From positions 3,936,001 through 4,000,000 of the forward strand of contig CBDETY010000003.1 in assembly GCA_965243025.1 (NCBI GenBank): a stretch of DNA of 64,000 nt. Direction: 5' to 3'. Position 1 is the stretch's first letter, and each line of letters starts with the position of its first letter. A program made the translations under genes and the position numbers. The notes beneath the pieces are model-generated. The model saw nothing but the letters and a program-made list of their open reading frames with translations, was not told where the DNA came from and searched no databases. Positions 1 through 9,707 of the stretch are shown here, piece by piece. The stretch is from Candidatus Latescibacterota bacterium. Its GTDB lineage: Bacteria; Latescibacterota; UBA2968; UBA8231.

Positions 1-12
1 GAACCGGAACCG

Positions 13-1143
13 GTGGAGGTCGTTCCCTGCACCGACATCCCCGGAAGCATCTGCACCTGGGCCGGCACCGGCCGGACCGGCTTCAACGGCGACGGCAACG
101 AGCGCCTGCAGACCGATCTCTACTGGCCCTTCGACGTCGAGTTCACCCCGAGCGGCCGCCGCATCCTGCTCGACTGGAACAACCACGCCGTCCGCGAGAT
201 CCTGCCGGACGGGACCCTGAACACGATCATGGGGACCTACTTCGTCGGCGACGGCCCGGAGGACCTGAGCGACCTCGCCGAGCCTGGTGCGGACCCGCTC
301 CTCGTCAACCTCAACCACCCGACCGACGTCATGGAGCTCGCCAACGGCGACCTGCTGCTGATGGCCTGGCACAACCACAAGATCCGGCTGCTCACCGCCG
401 ACAGCCGCCGCGTGCTCGTGCTCGTCGGCAGGCATGCCGATTACGCCGGCGACGGCGGTCCGGCGCGGGACGCCCTGGTCAACCAGCCGCCGCACGCGGT
501 GATCGACGGCGGCGGCAACCTGGTCTTCATCGACCAGCGCAACCAGCGCATCCGCGCCATCGCCGATTTCCTCGGGCAGCGGGAAGACGGCATCATCGCC
601 ACCATCGCCGGCACCGGCGTGAAGGGGTTCAACGGCGACGGTCCGGGGCTCTCGACCCAGGTGGCCTTTCCCGACGGAGGCAACCCGGAACCGAGCGGCG
701 GCATGGCCCTCGGCGCCGACGGCAGCCTCTACTTCGCCGATACCCACAACCACCGGATACGCCGGATCGAGTTCGGCGGCGCGACGCTTTCCGACAACCT
801 GGTCACCACCGTTGCCGGCACCGGCGAGCCCGGATTCAGCGGCGACGGCGGCCCCGCCTCCGCCGCGGCGATCAATTTCCCCCAGGACATGGAGATCGGC
901 CCGGACGGCCGCCTCTATTTCGCCGACACCGACAACCACCGGGTGCGCCGCATCGACCTCGCCGACGGCACCATCGAGACCGTGGCCGGCAGCGGCGGGA
1001 AAGGGTACTTCGGGGACGGCGGGCAGGCCCGCGACGCCGCCTTCAACCGCCCCTTCGGAATCGCCTTCGACGCCGAGGGGGCCCTCTACGTTTCCGATAC
1101 CTTCAACGGACGCATCCGCAAGGTGATCCTGGAGAGCCGATGA
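13..1143 (+). CDS. NHL-repeat (beta-propeller) protein, probably 5'-truncated by the window edge
   Basis: Repeated 'LYFADTxNHRIRRI...TVAGTGxxGFxGDGG' NHL units; the frame is open to the window start. Confidence 0.85.
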   Translation: MEVVPCTDIPGSICTWAGTGRTGFNGDGNERLQTDLYWPFDVEFTPSGRRILLDWNNHAVREILPDGTLNTIMGTYFVGDGPEDLSDLAEPGADPLLVNLNHPTDVMELANGDLLLMAWHNHKIRLLTADSRRVLVLVGRHADYAGDGGPARDALVNQPPHAVIDGGGNLVFIDQRNQRIRAIADFLGQREDGIIATIAGTGVKGFNGDGPGLSTQVAFPDGGNPEPSGGMALGADGSLYFADTHNHRIRRIEFGGATLSDNLVTTVAGTGEPGFSGDGGPASAAAINFPQDMEIGPDGRLYFADTDNHRVRRIDLADGTIETVAGSGGKGYFGDGGQARDAAFNRPFGIAFDAEGALYVSDTFNGRIRKVILESR

Positions 1144-1646
1144 TCCCGCGGAAGTTCCCCCGCCGGGCCGCTGTTCTCGCCGCGGCCGCCGCCGCCGCCC
1201 TCGCCCTCGCCCTGGCCCTGGCCGCCTGCGGCAAGGGTCCCACGAAGGGGGAGAACGGCGCCGATCCGGTGTTTCCCGACGACTACCTCGAGACCTTCAC
1301 CGAAGTCCGCGACTGCCGCTTCAGCAGCTCCCACCCGGGGATGGTCCGGGTGCTTGTTAACGACGCCGGGGCCGACGCCTACCTCGCCGGGGAGAACCCC
1401 CTGCCGACGGGGACCATCGTGGTCAAGGAGGTGTTCGACGGCACCGACTGCGACGATTACAGCGAGCTGGGAACATGGGCGGCGATGCGCAAGGAGGCGG
1501 CCGGCTTCGACCCGGAGGACGGCGACTGGCACTGGCAGGAGGTGCGGCCGGACCGCTCGGTGGAGACCGACACCAAGACGAGCTGCATCGCCTGCCACAG
1601 CAGGGACGAGTGCGCCGGCAGGGATTTCATGTGCACCGAGGAGTAG
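1140..1646 (+). CDS. Cytochrome P460-family lipoprotein
   Basis: Lipobox LAAC; GTIVVKE motif with the Lys, 'MRK..GFDPEDGDWHW', C-terminal CIACH heme motif; ATGA overlap with upstream gene. Confidence 0.8.
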   Translation: MIPRKFPRRAAVLAAAAAAALALALALAACGKGPTKGENGADPVFPDDYLETFTEVRDCRFSSSHPGMVRVLVNDAGADAYLAGENPLPTGTIVVKEVFDGTDCDDYSELGTWAAMRKEAAGFDPEDGDWHWQEVRPDRSVETDTKTSCIACHSRDECAGRDFMCTEE

Positions 1647-1720
1647 CGGAAATCCCGCCGTTTCGCGGCCGCTTCCGGCCGGGGCCGCCACGGTTTCCTG
1701 ACGGCGGCTCTTCCGACCGG

Positions 1721-2857
1721 CTGAACCCCCTCCTTACAATTCCCCTTGCCCTCGCGGCCCTGCTTTCCGGCGCCGGCTGCGGCGGCGGCTCCCCCACATC
1801 GGGCCGACTCCCGGCGGTGTGCGACGAGCCGGGGGTTATCTGCACCGTCGCCGGCACCGGGCTGCGCCAGTTCGACGGCGACGGCCGGCAGGCGCGGGAG
1901 ACCTCCCTCTACAACCCCCTCGACGTCGAGTTCGACCGCCGCGGCCGCCCCCTCATCCTCGACTGGAACAACCTGCGGGTCCGGAGGATAAACGGGGACG
2001 GCACGGTCGAGACCGTCATCGGCCAGGATTTCGAGGGAGCCGCCGAGGACGGCGCCCTGGCGGTCGACACGCCGCTGCACCACCCCGGGGATCTCGAGAT
2101 CGACGCGGCCGGCAACATCTACATCGCCTCCAACCACATCTCCAACGTCATCCGCCTCGGCGTCGACGACCGGGTGTCCGTGGTGGCCGGAACCGACCAG
2201 TACGGGTACGAGGGGGACGGCGGTCCCGCCCTGGAAGCGGTCCTCGCCGCCCCCTTCGGGGTGCTGCCGGCAGGGGACGGCGGCTTCTACATCAGCGACA
2301 CCGAAGCGCACGTGGTCCGGCGCGTCGACGCCGCCGGGATCATCACCACCGTCGCCGGCGACGGCAGCCGCGGCTTCTCCGGCGACGGCGGTCCGGGCTC
2401 CGAAGCGCAGCTCGACGGCCCCACGCGCCTCCGCCTCGACGGGGAGGGCCGCCTGTACATCTGCGACACCCGCAACCACCGCATCCGCCGGCTCGACGCC
2501 GACGGCAGCATCTCCACGGTCGCCGGCACCGGGGATCCCGGCTTCGCCGGCGACGGGGGGCGGGCGCTCGAGGCGCAGCTTGACTCCCCCTTCGACCTGC
2601 GCTTCGCCGGGGGCGGCCTGTACATCGCCGACTCGGGCAACAACGCCGTCCGCAGGATCGGGGCCGACGGCGCCATCGCCACCGTGGTCGGCACCGGGGA
2701 GGCCGGTTTCTCCGGCGACGAGGGGGAGGCCCGCCTCTGCATGCTCAACCGGCCCTCGGCCATCGCCTTCGCCAGCGACGGTTCGCTCTGGATCGCCGAC
2801 ACCTTCAACCAGCGGATCCGCCGGGTCGCCGGCTTTCTCGAGGACCGGGGGGGATGA
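1721..2857 (+). CDS. NHL-repeat lipoprotein (start uncertain: GTG ~1631 or CTG 1721)
   Basis: Hydrophobic signal ending GAGC, then multiple NHL repeats; N-terminal 'ICTVAGTG' as in the first paralog. Confidence 0.8.
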   Translation: MNPLLTIPLALAALLSGAGCGGGSPTSGRLPAVCDEPGVICTVAGTGLRQFDGDGRQARETSLYNPLDVEFDRRGRPLILDWNNLRVRRINGDGTVETVIGQDFEGAAEDGALAVDTPLHHPGDLEIDAAGNIYIASNHISNVIRLGVDDRVSVVAGTDQYGYEGDGGPALEAVLAAPFGVLPAGDGGFYISDTEAHVVRRVDAAGIITTVAGDGSRGFSGDGGPGSEAQLDGPTRLRLDGEGRLYICDTRNHRIRRLDADGSISTVAGTGDPGFAGDGGRALEAQLDSPFDLRFAGGGLYIADSGNNAVRRIGADGAIATVVGTGEAGFSGDEGEARLCMLNRPSAIAFASDGSLWIADTFNQRIRRVAGFLEDRGG

Positions 2858-3969
2858 CCCGGATCCCGGCATGGCTGCCGGTGCTCCTGCTGCTGGGCGG
2901 CTGCGGAGACCGCGCCACCGACGGCAACGGCGCGCCCGAGGAAGGCGGGATCGGTACGTACGCCGGCACCGGAGAGGCGGGGTTTTCAGGAGACGGCGGT
3001 CCCGCGGGCAGGGCGCAGCTCCACACCCCCCTCGACGTCGTCCCGGGACCCGGGGGGGACCTCGTCGTCGTCGACTTCGGCAATCACCGCCTCCGCGCCA
3101 TCGCCGCCGACGCGGAGGTCGTGACCACCCTGGCCGGCGGGGACGGCGGCGTTCTGCGGTTTCCCACGGATGTCGCCTTTGCCGGCCGGGATTTCTACGT
3201 GACGAGCTGGGGCTCCCACCGGGTATTCGGTTACCGCGGAGGGGAGCCGTTCGCCGTGGCCGGCAGCGGCGAACAGGGATGCGCCGACAGCGGGCCCGCC
3301 GATGCGGCGGCGATCGACCGGCCTCGGGCAATCGGACTGCTCGCCGACGGCATCCTCCTGATCGCCGGGCAGGGATGCCGGCGCATTCTCGCCCTCTCCC
3401 CTTCCGGGGAGCTGAGCCCCTGGGCGGGCACCGGGGCGGCGGGATACGGAGGGGACGACGGACCGGCCGCGGAGGCGGTCTTCGGCGCCGCGGATCCGGA
3501 AGGAAACGGCCCGGTCCCCGGTTTCGGTTTCGCCCTCAGCCCGGAGGACCCCCCCGACGAACTCTACATCGCCGACACCGGCAACCACGTGATCCGGGAG
3601 ATCAACCTCTTCAGCGGCACCGTCAGGACCTTCGCCGGCACCGGCGAACCAGGTTTCGCGGACGGTTCCCCGAGGTCGGCGACCTTCAACCGGCCTGCCG
3701 CCGTCTTCGTCTCGGAAGACCACACGGTCTGGGTCGCCGACACCGGCAACCACGCCATCCGCCGCATCGATCCGCTGCAGATCGAGGTGGCGACGGTTGC
3801 CGGGACTGGCCGGGCCGGGTTCAACGGGGACGGGATCCCGGCGCTCGAGGCCCGGCTCGACCATCCGGCGGGGGTATACGTCACCGGGGACGGCGTGATG
3901 TATATTGCCGACAGCGGCAATCACCGCATCCGCAGGGTGATCCTGCCGGGATACGGGCCGCTGCCGTAA
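2854..3969 (+). CDS. NHL-repeat lipoprotein
   Basis: Lipobox LLGGC; NHL repeats; ATGA overlap. Confidence 0.85.
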   Translation: MTRIPAWLPVLLLLGGCGDRATDGNGAPEEGGIGTYAGTGEAGFSGDGGPAGRAQLHTPLDVVPGPGGDLVVVDFGNHRLRAIAADAEVVTTLAGGDGGVLRFPTDVAFAGRDFYVTSWGSHRVFGYRGGEPFAVAGSGEQGCADSGPADAAAIDRPRAIGLLADGILLIAGQGCRRILALSPSGELSPWAGTGAAGYGGDDGPAAEAVFGAADPEGNGPVPGFGFALSPEDPPDELYIADTGNHVIREINLFSGTVRTFAGTGEPGFADGSPRSATFNRPAAVFVSEDHTVWVADTGNHAIRRIDPLQIEVATVAGTGRAGFNGDGIPALEARLDHPAGVYVTGDGVMYIADSGNHRIRRVILPGYGPLP

Positions 3970-4032
3970 ACGGCTCGGGGCTCCGAAGGCGGAGGCTCCA
4001 CCGGCGTTCCGCACGCACCGACGGATAATCGC

Positions 4033-5103
4033 ATGAACACCGACAACAGACGCACCGCCATCGTTTCGGCGGTCTCCCTGGTCCTGGCGGCCGCGCTTGG
4101 CTGCTCGTCGCCGACCTCCGAAAACGGCAACGGCGGACCCGCGGGCCCGCCCTCGTGGAAGCTCGTGCAGCAGGAGCTGCCCTCCGCCCTGATGTCCGTA
4201 CAGGTCGTCTCCAACGGCGACGTCTACGCCGTCGGCGCCGACGTCGAAGACGGCAGGGGGCCGTACGTGCTGCGCTTCGACGGCAAAAGCTGGACCCGCC
4301 TGGAAACCGGCGCGTCCGGCGACCTGTGGTGGGTGCACGAAGTCGGCCCGGACGAGATCTGGATGAGCGGGGCCGACCGCCTCGTGCTGCGGCACCAGCC
4401 CTCGACAGGGACTTTCACCCGGTCCGACGCGGGGGAGGGGGAGGAAATCCTCTACGGGATCTGGGGATTGGACGGAGGCGACATCTGGGCGGTCGGCGGC
4501 AGGAAATGCGGGGTCGCCCTGCGCTACGACGGCAGCAGCTGGCGCGAGCTCGAGCTGCCTGAATTCGAGGGGGCGGTCTGCATGCCGAACCTGTTCAAGG
4601 TCTGGGGCCCGGCGGCCGACGAGGTCTGGATGGTGGGAGAGCGGGGCGTCACCATCGCCTTCGACGGCACCGGACTCGACCTGCAGCAGACCGAATCGGG
4701 GCGCACCCTGTTCACCGTGCACGGGGACCCCGAGGGGGAGCTGATCGCGGCGGTCGGCGGGCAGCTTTCGGGCGAGGCCTGGGAGCTGGTCGACGGAGTC
4801 TGGCTCGAAACGACCCCGGAACGACCGCCGCAGTTGCTCGGGGTCAACGTCGGGCCGGATGGAGAGGCGGTAGCGGTCGGCGACGCCGCTTCGAGCCTCC
4901 GCCGGGGCAGCGAAGGCTGGTCGGTCGAGGAGAACGGCCTTTTCGACACGGTCGGCGACCTCACGTTTCACGCGGTCTGGAGCGACCCGGACGGCAATTC
5001 CTGGGCGGTCGGAGGCCAGCTGCTGATCGGGCCCTTCGACCGCGGCATGGTCGCCTACTTCGGCCCCGGCACCCCTTCCTCGGAGATCGTCAACGGCCGC
5101 TGA
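4033..5103 (+). CDS. Beta-propeller lipoprotein (WD40/YVTN/BNR-like repeats)
   Basis: Lipobox ALGC; repeats of 'L.xVW...DxWAVG..G..LRFDG..W'. Confidence 0.75.
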   Translation: MNTDNRRTAIVSAVSLVLAAALGCSSPTSENGNGGPAGPPSWKLVQQELPSALMSVQVVSNGDVYAVGADVEDGRGPYVLRFDGKSWTRLETGASGDLWWVHEVGPDEIWMSGADRLVLRHQPSTGTFTRSDAGEGEEILYGIWGLDGGDIWAVGGRKCGVALRYDGSSWRELELPEFEGAVCMPNLFKVWGPAADEVWMVGERGVTIAFDGTGLDLQQTESGRTLFTVHGDPEGELIAAVGGQLSGEAWELVDGVWLETTPERPPQLLGVNVGPDGEAVAVGDAASSLRRGSEGWSVEENGLFDTVGDLTFHAVWSDPDGNSWAVGGQLLIGPFDRGMVAYFGPGTPSSEIVNGR

Positions 5104-5221
5104 GCCGGCTTGCGGGAGCGCTGAAATTATCCGCAGGCGCGAGCGAACCCGGCGGGACTTCCCCCCCTCGGGTTGACCGCCGGGGTTTGCCAATCCCGCT
5201 CAACCTTCGGAGAATCCCCGC

Positions 5222-6046
5222 ATGCGAAAGTCCTTCCACGCGCTGCTGCGCCCGGTCGCGGCAGCCGCCTGCGCCGTTGCCGCCTCCGGATGCGGCGATG
5301 AGGGCGCGGATGAAATGGGACGGGTCACCATCCGCTTCGAGCACGAGGTCGACGGCGCCGTCCTAGAGTTGGAGACCGGCAGCTACACCAACGCCGCCGG
5401 CAACCGGTACTCCGTGACCCACCTCGAGTACATCCTCACCGAAATCTCCCTGGCCGATGCCGGCGGCGGCAGCGTCGACCTCGCCGGCCACCACTACCTC
5501 AACGAGTCCTGCGGCGGATCAAGGCGGCTTTCGGCCGATGTTCCCGGCGGCTCCTACAGCGCCCTGCGTTTCCGTTTCGGGATCGGCGGGGAGGCCAACG
5601 TCACCGGCGGGCTGCCGAACCGGACGGCGTACAACAACATGGCCTGGCCCGACAACATGGGCGGAGGCTACCACTACATGCGCCTCGAAGGCATTTACGA
5701 CGACGGCGGGGAGGTGGCGAGCTTCCTGTCGCACACCGGCCCGGCCGGCGGCGGGGACTTCTCGTTCCCGGTCGAGCTGCCGATCGCCCTCGAGGTCGAC
5801 GCCGGCCACTGGGAGATCGCCGTCGCCATGGACGTCAACAGCTGGTTCGACGAGCCGGTGTACGACTTTACCGGCGCCGGCGCGATCATGGGGAACGCCG
5901 ACGCCCAGGTCCTCCACCGCGACAACGGAGCCGACGTGTTCACGGTCTACGGGGTTTCGCGCGGCGGCATGGAGGGGGAAGGCAACGACATGGACGGTAT
6001 GGATACGGAGTGCGCGCCCGGGGGGGCGATGCAGCACGACGGTTAG
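5222..6046 (+). CDS. MbnP-family copper-binding lipoprotein
   Basis: Lipobox ASGC; 'YTNAAGNRYSVTHLEYILTEI' and 'MAWPDNMGGGYHYMRLEG' segments typical of the MbnP family; directly upstream of a di-heme peroxidase. Confidence 0.75.
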   Translation: MRKSFHALLRPVAAAACAVAASGCGDEGADEMGRVTIRFEHEVDGAVLELETGSYTNAAGNRYSVTHLEYILTEISLADAGGGSVDLAGHHYLNESCGGSRRLSADVPGGSYSALRFRFGIGGEANVTGGLPNRTAYNNMAWPDNMGGGYHYMRLEGIYDDGGEVASFLSHTGPAGGGDFSFPVELPIALEVDAGHWEIAVAMDVNSWFDEPVYDFTGAGAIMGNADAQVLHRDNGADVFTVYGVSRGGMEGEGNDMDGMDTECAPGGAMQHDG

Positions 6047-6059
6047 CCCCGGGGGCGTT

Positions 6060-7094
6060 GTGCGAAACCTTTTGAAAATCGCCGCGGCCGCGGCGCTCGC
6101 CGGCTGCGGCGGGGAATCCGTCCCGGGGCCGGCCAGCGTTCCCACACCGTACGAGCTCGCAATCCCCGACCGTTTCCCGCCGATGGCGATCCCCCCGGAC
6201 AACCCGATGACGGAGGAGGGGGTGGCTCTCGGCCGGCGCCTGTTCTTCGACCCGATCCTGTCGGCCGACGGCACCACCTCCTGCGCCAGCTGCCACCGGC
6301 CTGAGTTCGCCTTCAGCGATCCGGAAGCGGTCAGCCGCGGCGCCGGCGGCGGCACGAGGCGAAACTCCATGACGCTGGCCAACGCCGGCTGGTCGCTGTC
6401 GCTGTTCTGGGACGGGCGCGCCGCCAGCCTGGAGGACCAGGCCCTGCAGGTGGTGGAGAGCCCCGTCGAGATGGGGGAGTCCTGGGAGAACGTCGAGCGC
6501 AAGCTGCGGGCGCACCCGGAGTATCCCGGGGAGTTCCGGCGCGCCTTCGGGGACGTCCCGGTCACGCGGGACAACGCCGTCAGGGCGATCGCCCAGTTCG
6601 AGCGCACCCTGATTTCCGGGGGGGCCAAGTTCGACCGCGTCCTCGCCGGGCAGGAGCAGTTCACCGAGGTCGAGGAGCTCGGCCTCGAGCTGTTCTTCTC
6701 CGAGCGCGGCGACTGCTTCCACTGCCACGGCACGCTGCTGTTCACCGACGGCGACTTCCACAACACCGGCCTCGACGAGGCCCCGGCCGACTCGGGTCGC
6801 GTCGCCGTCACCGGCAGGCGCCTCGACTACGGCAAGTTCAAGTCGCCGACCCTGCGCAACGTCGAGTTCACCGCGCCGTACATGCACGACGGCCGTTTCC
6901 CGACCCTCGAGGAGGTGCTCGACCACTACGACTCGGGACTGCACCTGAACGAGTTCCTCGACCCCCTGCTGCTGCGCTTCCGCGAGCCGCGCAACTTCAC
7001 CCGGGAGGAGCGCGAGGCCCTGGTCGCCTTCATGCTGACCCTCTCCGACCCGGGGTTCGTCAGCCCCGGCCTGTTGCCACTTCCCGGGGAATAG
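6060..7094 (+). CDS. Di-heme cytochrome c peroxidase, MbnH/MauG-like lipoprotein
   Basis: GTG start, lipobox LAGC; PPDNP, LGRRLFFDPILS, CASCH and CFHCH heme motifs, FWDGRA, FKSPTLRN, PYMHDG. Confidence 0.9.
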   Translation: MRNLLKIAAAAALAGCGGESVPGPASVPTPYELAIPDRFPPMAIPPDNPMTEEGVALGRRLFFDPILSADGTTSCASCHRPEFAFSDPEAVSRGAGGGTRRNSMTLANAGWSLSLFWDGRAASLEDQALQVVESPVEMGESWENVERKLRAHPEYPGEFRRAFGDVPVTRDNAVRAIAQFERTLISGGAKFDRVLAGQEQFTEVEELGLELFFSERGDCFHCHGTLLFTDGDFHNTGLDEAPADSGRVAVTGRRLDYGKFKSPTLRNVEFTAPYMHDGRFPTLEEVLDHYDSGLHLNEFLDPLLLRFREPRNFTREEREALVAFMLTLSDPGFVSPGLLPLPGE

Positions 7095-7128
7095 GGCCAA
7101 ATTTTACCCGGTACAAGGAACCTGCTTC

Positions 7129-9420
7129 ATGTCGAGACTTCCCCCACCGGCGATCCGGGCGGCAGCGCTGCGGCCGCTGGTCCTGGCGGCCCTGATCCTG
7201 CCGGCCGCCGCGGATGCCCAGCACTCCGTCGCCCGCCTGTGGAACGAGGCGGCTCTGCACGCGGTCCGCAACGACTTCCCGAGACCGGCGGTGCATGCGC
7301 GCAACCTCTTTCACCTCTCCGTCGCCATGTACGACGCCTGGGCGGCGTACGGCACCTCTCCAACCTGGCTGCTGGGAAACGAGGTCGACGGTTTCCGCTG
7401 CGATTTCGAAGGGGTCGAGCCCCCAGCCGACCTGCGGGCGGCGCGCGAGGAGGCGATCAGCTTCGCCGCCTACCGCCTGCTCAGGCACCGCTACAGGAAT
7501 TCCCCCCGCGCCGACGTCGCCCTGCCGCGGTTCAACACCGTCTTCGCCAGCTACGGGCACGACCCGTCGTTCACCTCGACCGACTACGCCGAGGGCCCAC
7601 CTGCCGCCCTGGGGAACTACATCGCCCGCTGCGTCATCGACTTCGGCCTGCAGGACGGGGCAAACGAAGAGAACGGGTACGCCAACCGCTTCTACGAGCC
7701 GGTCAATCCTCCCCTGTACGCCGCCCTGCGCGGCAACCGCCAGATACTGGACCCGAACCGCTGGCAGCCGCTGGTGGTCAAGGAGTTCATCGATCAGACC
7801 GACGCGGTGTACAACGGGGAACAGCCGGACTTCGACAGCCCCGAGTGGGGCCGGGTGACCCCCTTCTCTCTCGATGCCCGAGACCTGACCATCAAGGAGA
7901 GGGACGGAAACCAGTACAACGTCTACCACGATCCGGGGCCGCCGGTTCACGCCGACACCGACGGAGAAGCCCCGCTCGAAGAGGTGTACAAGTGGTCGCA
8001 CACCCTGCCGTTGATCTGGTCGTCCCACCTCGATCCGGCCGACGGGGTCGAAGTCGACATTTCCCCGGCCAGCCTCGGCAACTTCGACCTCGACGAGTTC
8101 GGGACGATCGAGGATTTCCCCCGCACCATCGAGGGGCTCGGCGCCTTCTACGACCGCTTCGACGGCCGCGGGCAGGGCCGGGGCCGGGATCTCAACCCGC
8201 ACACCGGGGAGTCGTACCGGCCGGTGAAGGTCCCGAGGGGGGATTTCGCCCGCGTCGCCGCCGAGTTCTGGCCTGACGGCCCGGGGGACGAATCCGTTCC
8301 GGGGTTCTGGTTCGTCATCCTCAACAACGTCGGCGACCACCCGCTGTTCGAGAAGCGGTTCGCCGGGCAGGGGCCGGTCCTCGACGACCTCGAGTGGGAC
8401 GTGAAGGCCTACCTCACCCTCGGCGGAGCCCTGCACGACGCGGCGATCGCCACTTGGTCGATCAAGGGGTGGTACGACTACATCCGGCCGATAGGGGCGA
8501 TCCGGTGGATGGCGGAGAAGGGACAGAGCAGCGACCCCGAGCTGCCGCGCTACTCCCCCGACGGCCTGCCCCTCGTCGACGGTTTCATCGAGACCATAAG
8601 GGAGGGGGACCCGGTAGCCGAGGTCGCCGGCGACCCGGACTTCCACGTCGGCCGGGTCAAGGTGTACACCTGGAAGGGGCCCGACTTCATCGTCGACCCC
8701 GAGACCGATGCCGCGGGGGTGACCTGGATCCTCGCCGTAGCCTGGTGGACCTACCAGGCGGCGAACTTCGTCACCCCGCCCAACGCCGGGTACGTCTCCG
8801 CGCCGGCGGCCTTCTCGCGCGCCGCCGCCGAGACCGTGACCCTGCTGACCGGGGACGAGTTCTTTCCCGGAGGCCTGGGGGAGTTCCGCGCCGAGGCGGA
8901 CGAGTTCCTGCAGCTCGAGAACGGCCCGAGTGTCGACGTGAACCTGCAGTGGGCCACCTACCGCGACGCCGCCGACCAGGCGAGCCTGGCGACCTTCTGG
9001 GCCGGCATCCAGTCGCCGATAGAAGACATCCCGGGCCGGCTGATCGGCCGCAGGGTCGGCATCGACGCCTTCCACCGCGCCGGGGAGCTGTTCTCCGGAT
9101 CGCAGACCGCGGTCGAGGAAAGGGGCCAGGCGGCCTTGCCCGGGGCCCTGGCGCTGGACCAGAACTTCCCAAACCCCTTCAACTCCGGCACGGCGATCCG
9201 TTTCGATCTCGACCGGCCTGGAGAGATCGAGCTGTCCCTGTACGACCTCGGCGGGCGCAAGGTGGCAACCCTGGCCAGGGGGCCGCGCCCCGCGGGCAGG
9301 TACGAAGTCCGCTGGGACGGCCGGGGTCCGGCCGGGTCGCGGCTGGCCAGCGGCGTCTACCTCTACCGCCTGGAGTCCGGGGAGCGCTCGCAGAGCCGCA
9401 AGCTGCTGCTGCTGCGCTGA
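7129..9420 (+). CDS. Secreted vanadium-haloperoxidase/PAP2-like (DUF6851-type) protein with C-terminal FlgD-Ig sorting domain; catalytic motifs degenerate
   Basis: Signal peptide; HSVARLWNE, KGWYDYIRP, TPPNAGYVS; C-terminal 'QNFPNPFN...LYDLGGRKV..L...WDG...ASGVYLYRL'. Confidence 0.8.
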   Translation: MSRLPPPAIRAAALRPLVLAALILPAAADAQHSVARLWNEAALHAVRNDFPRPAVHARNLFHLSVAMYDAWAAYGTSPTWLLGNEVDGFRCDFEGVEPPADLRAAREEAISFAAYRLLRHRYRNSPRADVALPRFNTVFASYGHDPSFTSTDYAEGPPAALGNYIARCVIDFGLQDGANEENGYANRFYEPVNPPLYAALRGNRQILDPNRWQPLVVKEFIDQTDAVYNGEQPDFDSPEWGRVTPFSLDARDLTIKERDGNQYNVYHDPGPPVHADTDGEAPLEEVYKWSHTLPLIWSSHLDPADGVEVDISPASLGNFDLDEFGTIEDFPRTIEGLGAFYDRFDGRGQGRGRDLNPHTGESYRPVKVPRGDFARVAAEFWPDGPGDESVPGFWFVILNNVGDHPLFEKRFAGQGPVLDDLEWDVKAYLTLGGALHDAAIATWSIKGWYDYIRPIGAIRWMAEKGQSSDPELPRYSPDGLPLVDGFIETIREGDPVAEVAGDPDFHVGRVKVYTWKGPDFIVDPETDAAGVTWILAVAWWTYQAANFVTPPNAGYVSAPAAFSRAAAETVTLLTGDEFFPGGLGEFRAEADEFLQLENGPSVDVNLQWATYRDAADQASLATFWAGIQSPIEDIPGRLIGRRVGIDAFHRAGELFSGSQTAVEERGQAALPGALALDQNFPNPFNSGTAIRFDLDRPGEIELSLYDLGGRKVATLARGPRPAGRYEVRWDGRGPAGSRLASGVYLYRLESGERSQSRKLLLLR

Positions 9421-9707
9421 GGTGAGATCGACCGCGACCCTTGGGGGCCGCGACGTGAGCCCCGGGGAGGTGCGCCGCATGCAGGCCGGCGGCTGCATCC
9501 TGCACGTGCGCGGCGGCGAGTTGCGGAAAAATCCCGGTCCGGAAGACGCGCGACCCGGACCGTCGGAGGATCACCGCACCGGACGCCGCACCGGGTCGCT
9601 GGATTTAACTTCGACGCTTGGCTTCATTGGTTTCGGGAACAGGCTTGCCCCGGCTCGGGTTGTACTGAGTACACCGCATCCGAAATCCCTGCGGAAAGGA
9701 GAAGCGG

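Noticed and set aside
13-3969. Recurring DNA repeats such as GCCGGCACCGG and GGCGACGGCGG
   Set aside because: They encode NHL protein repeats and are not a CRISPR array or DNA repeat element. No CRISPR array or cas gene is seen in the window.
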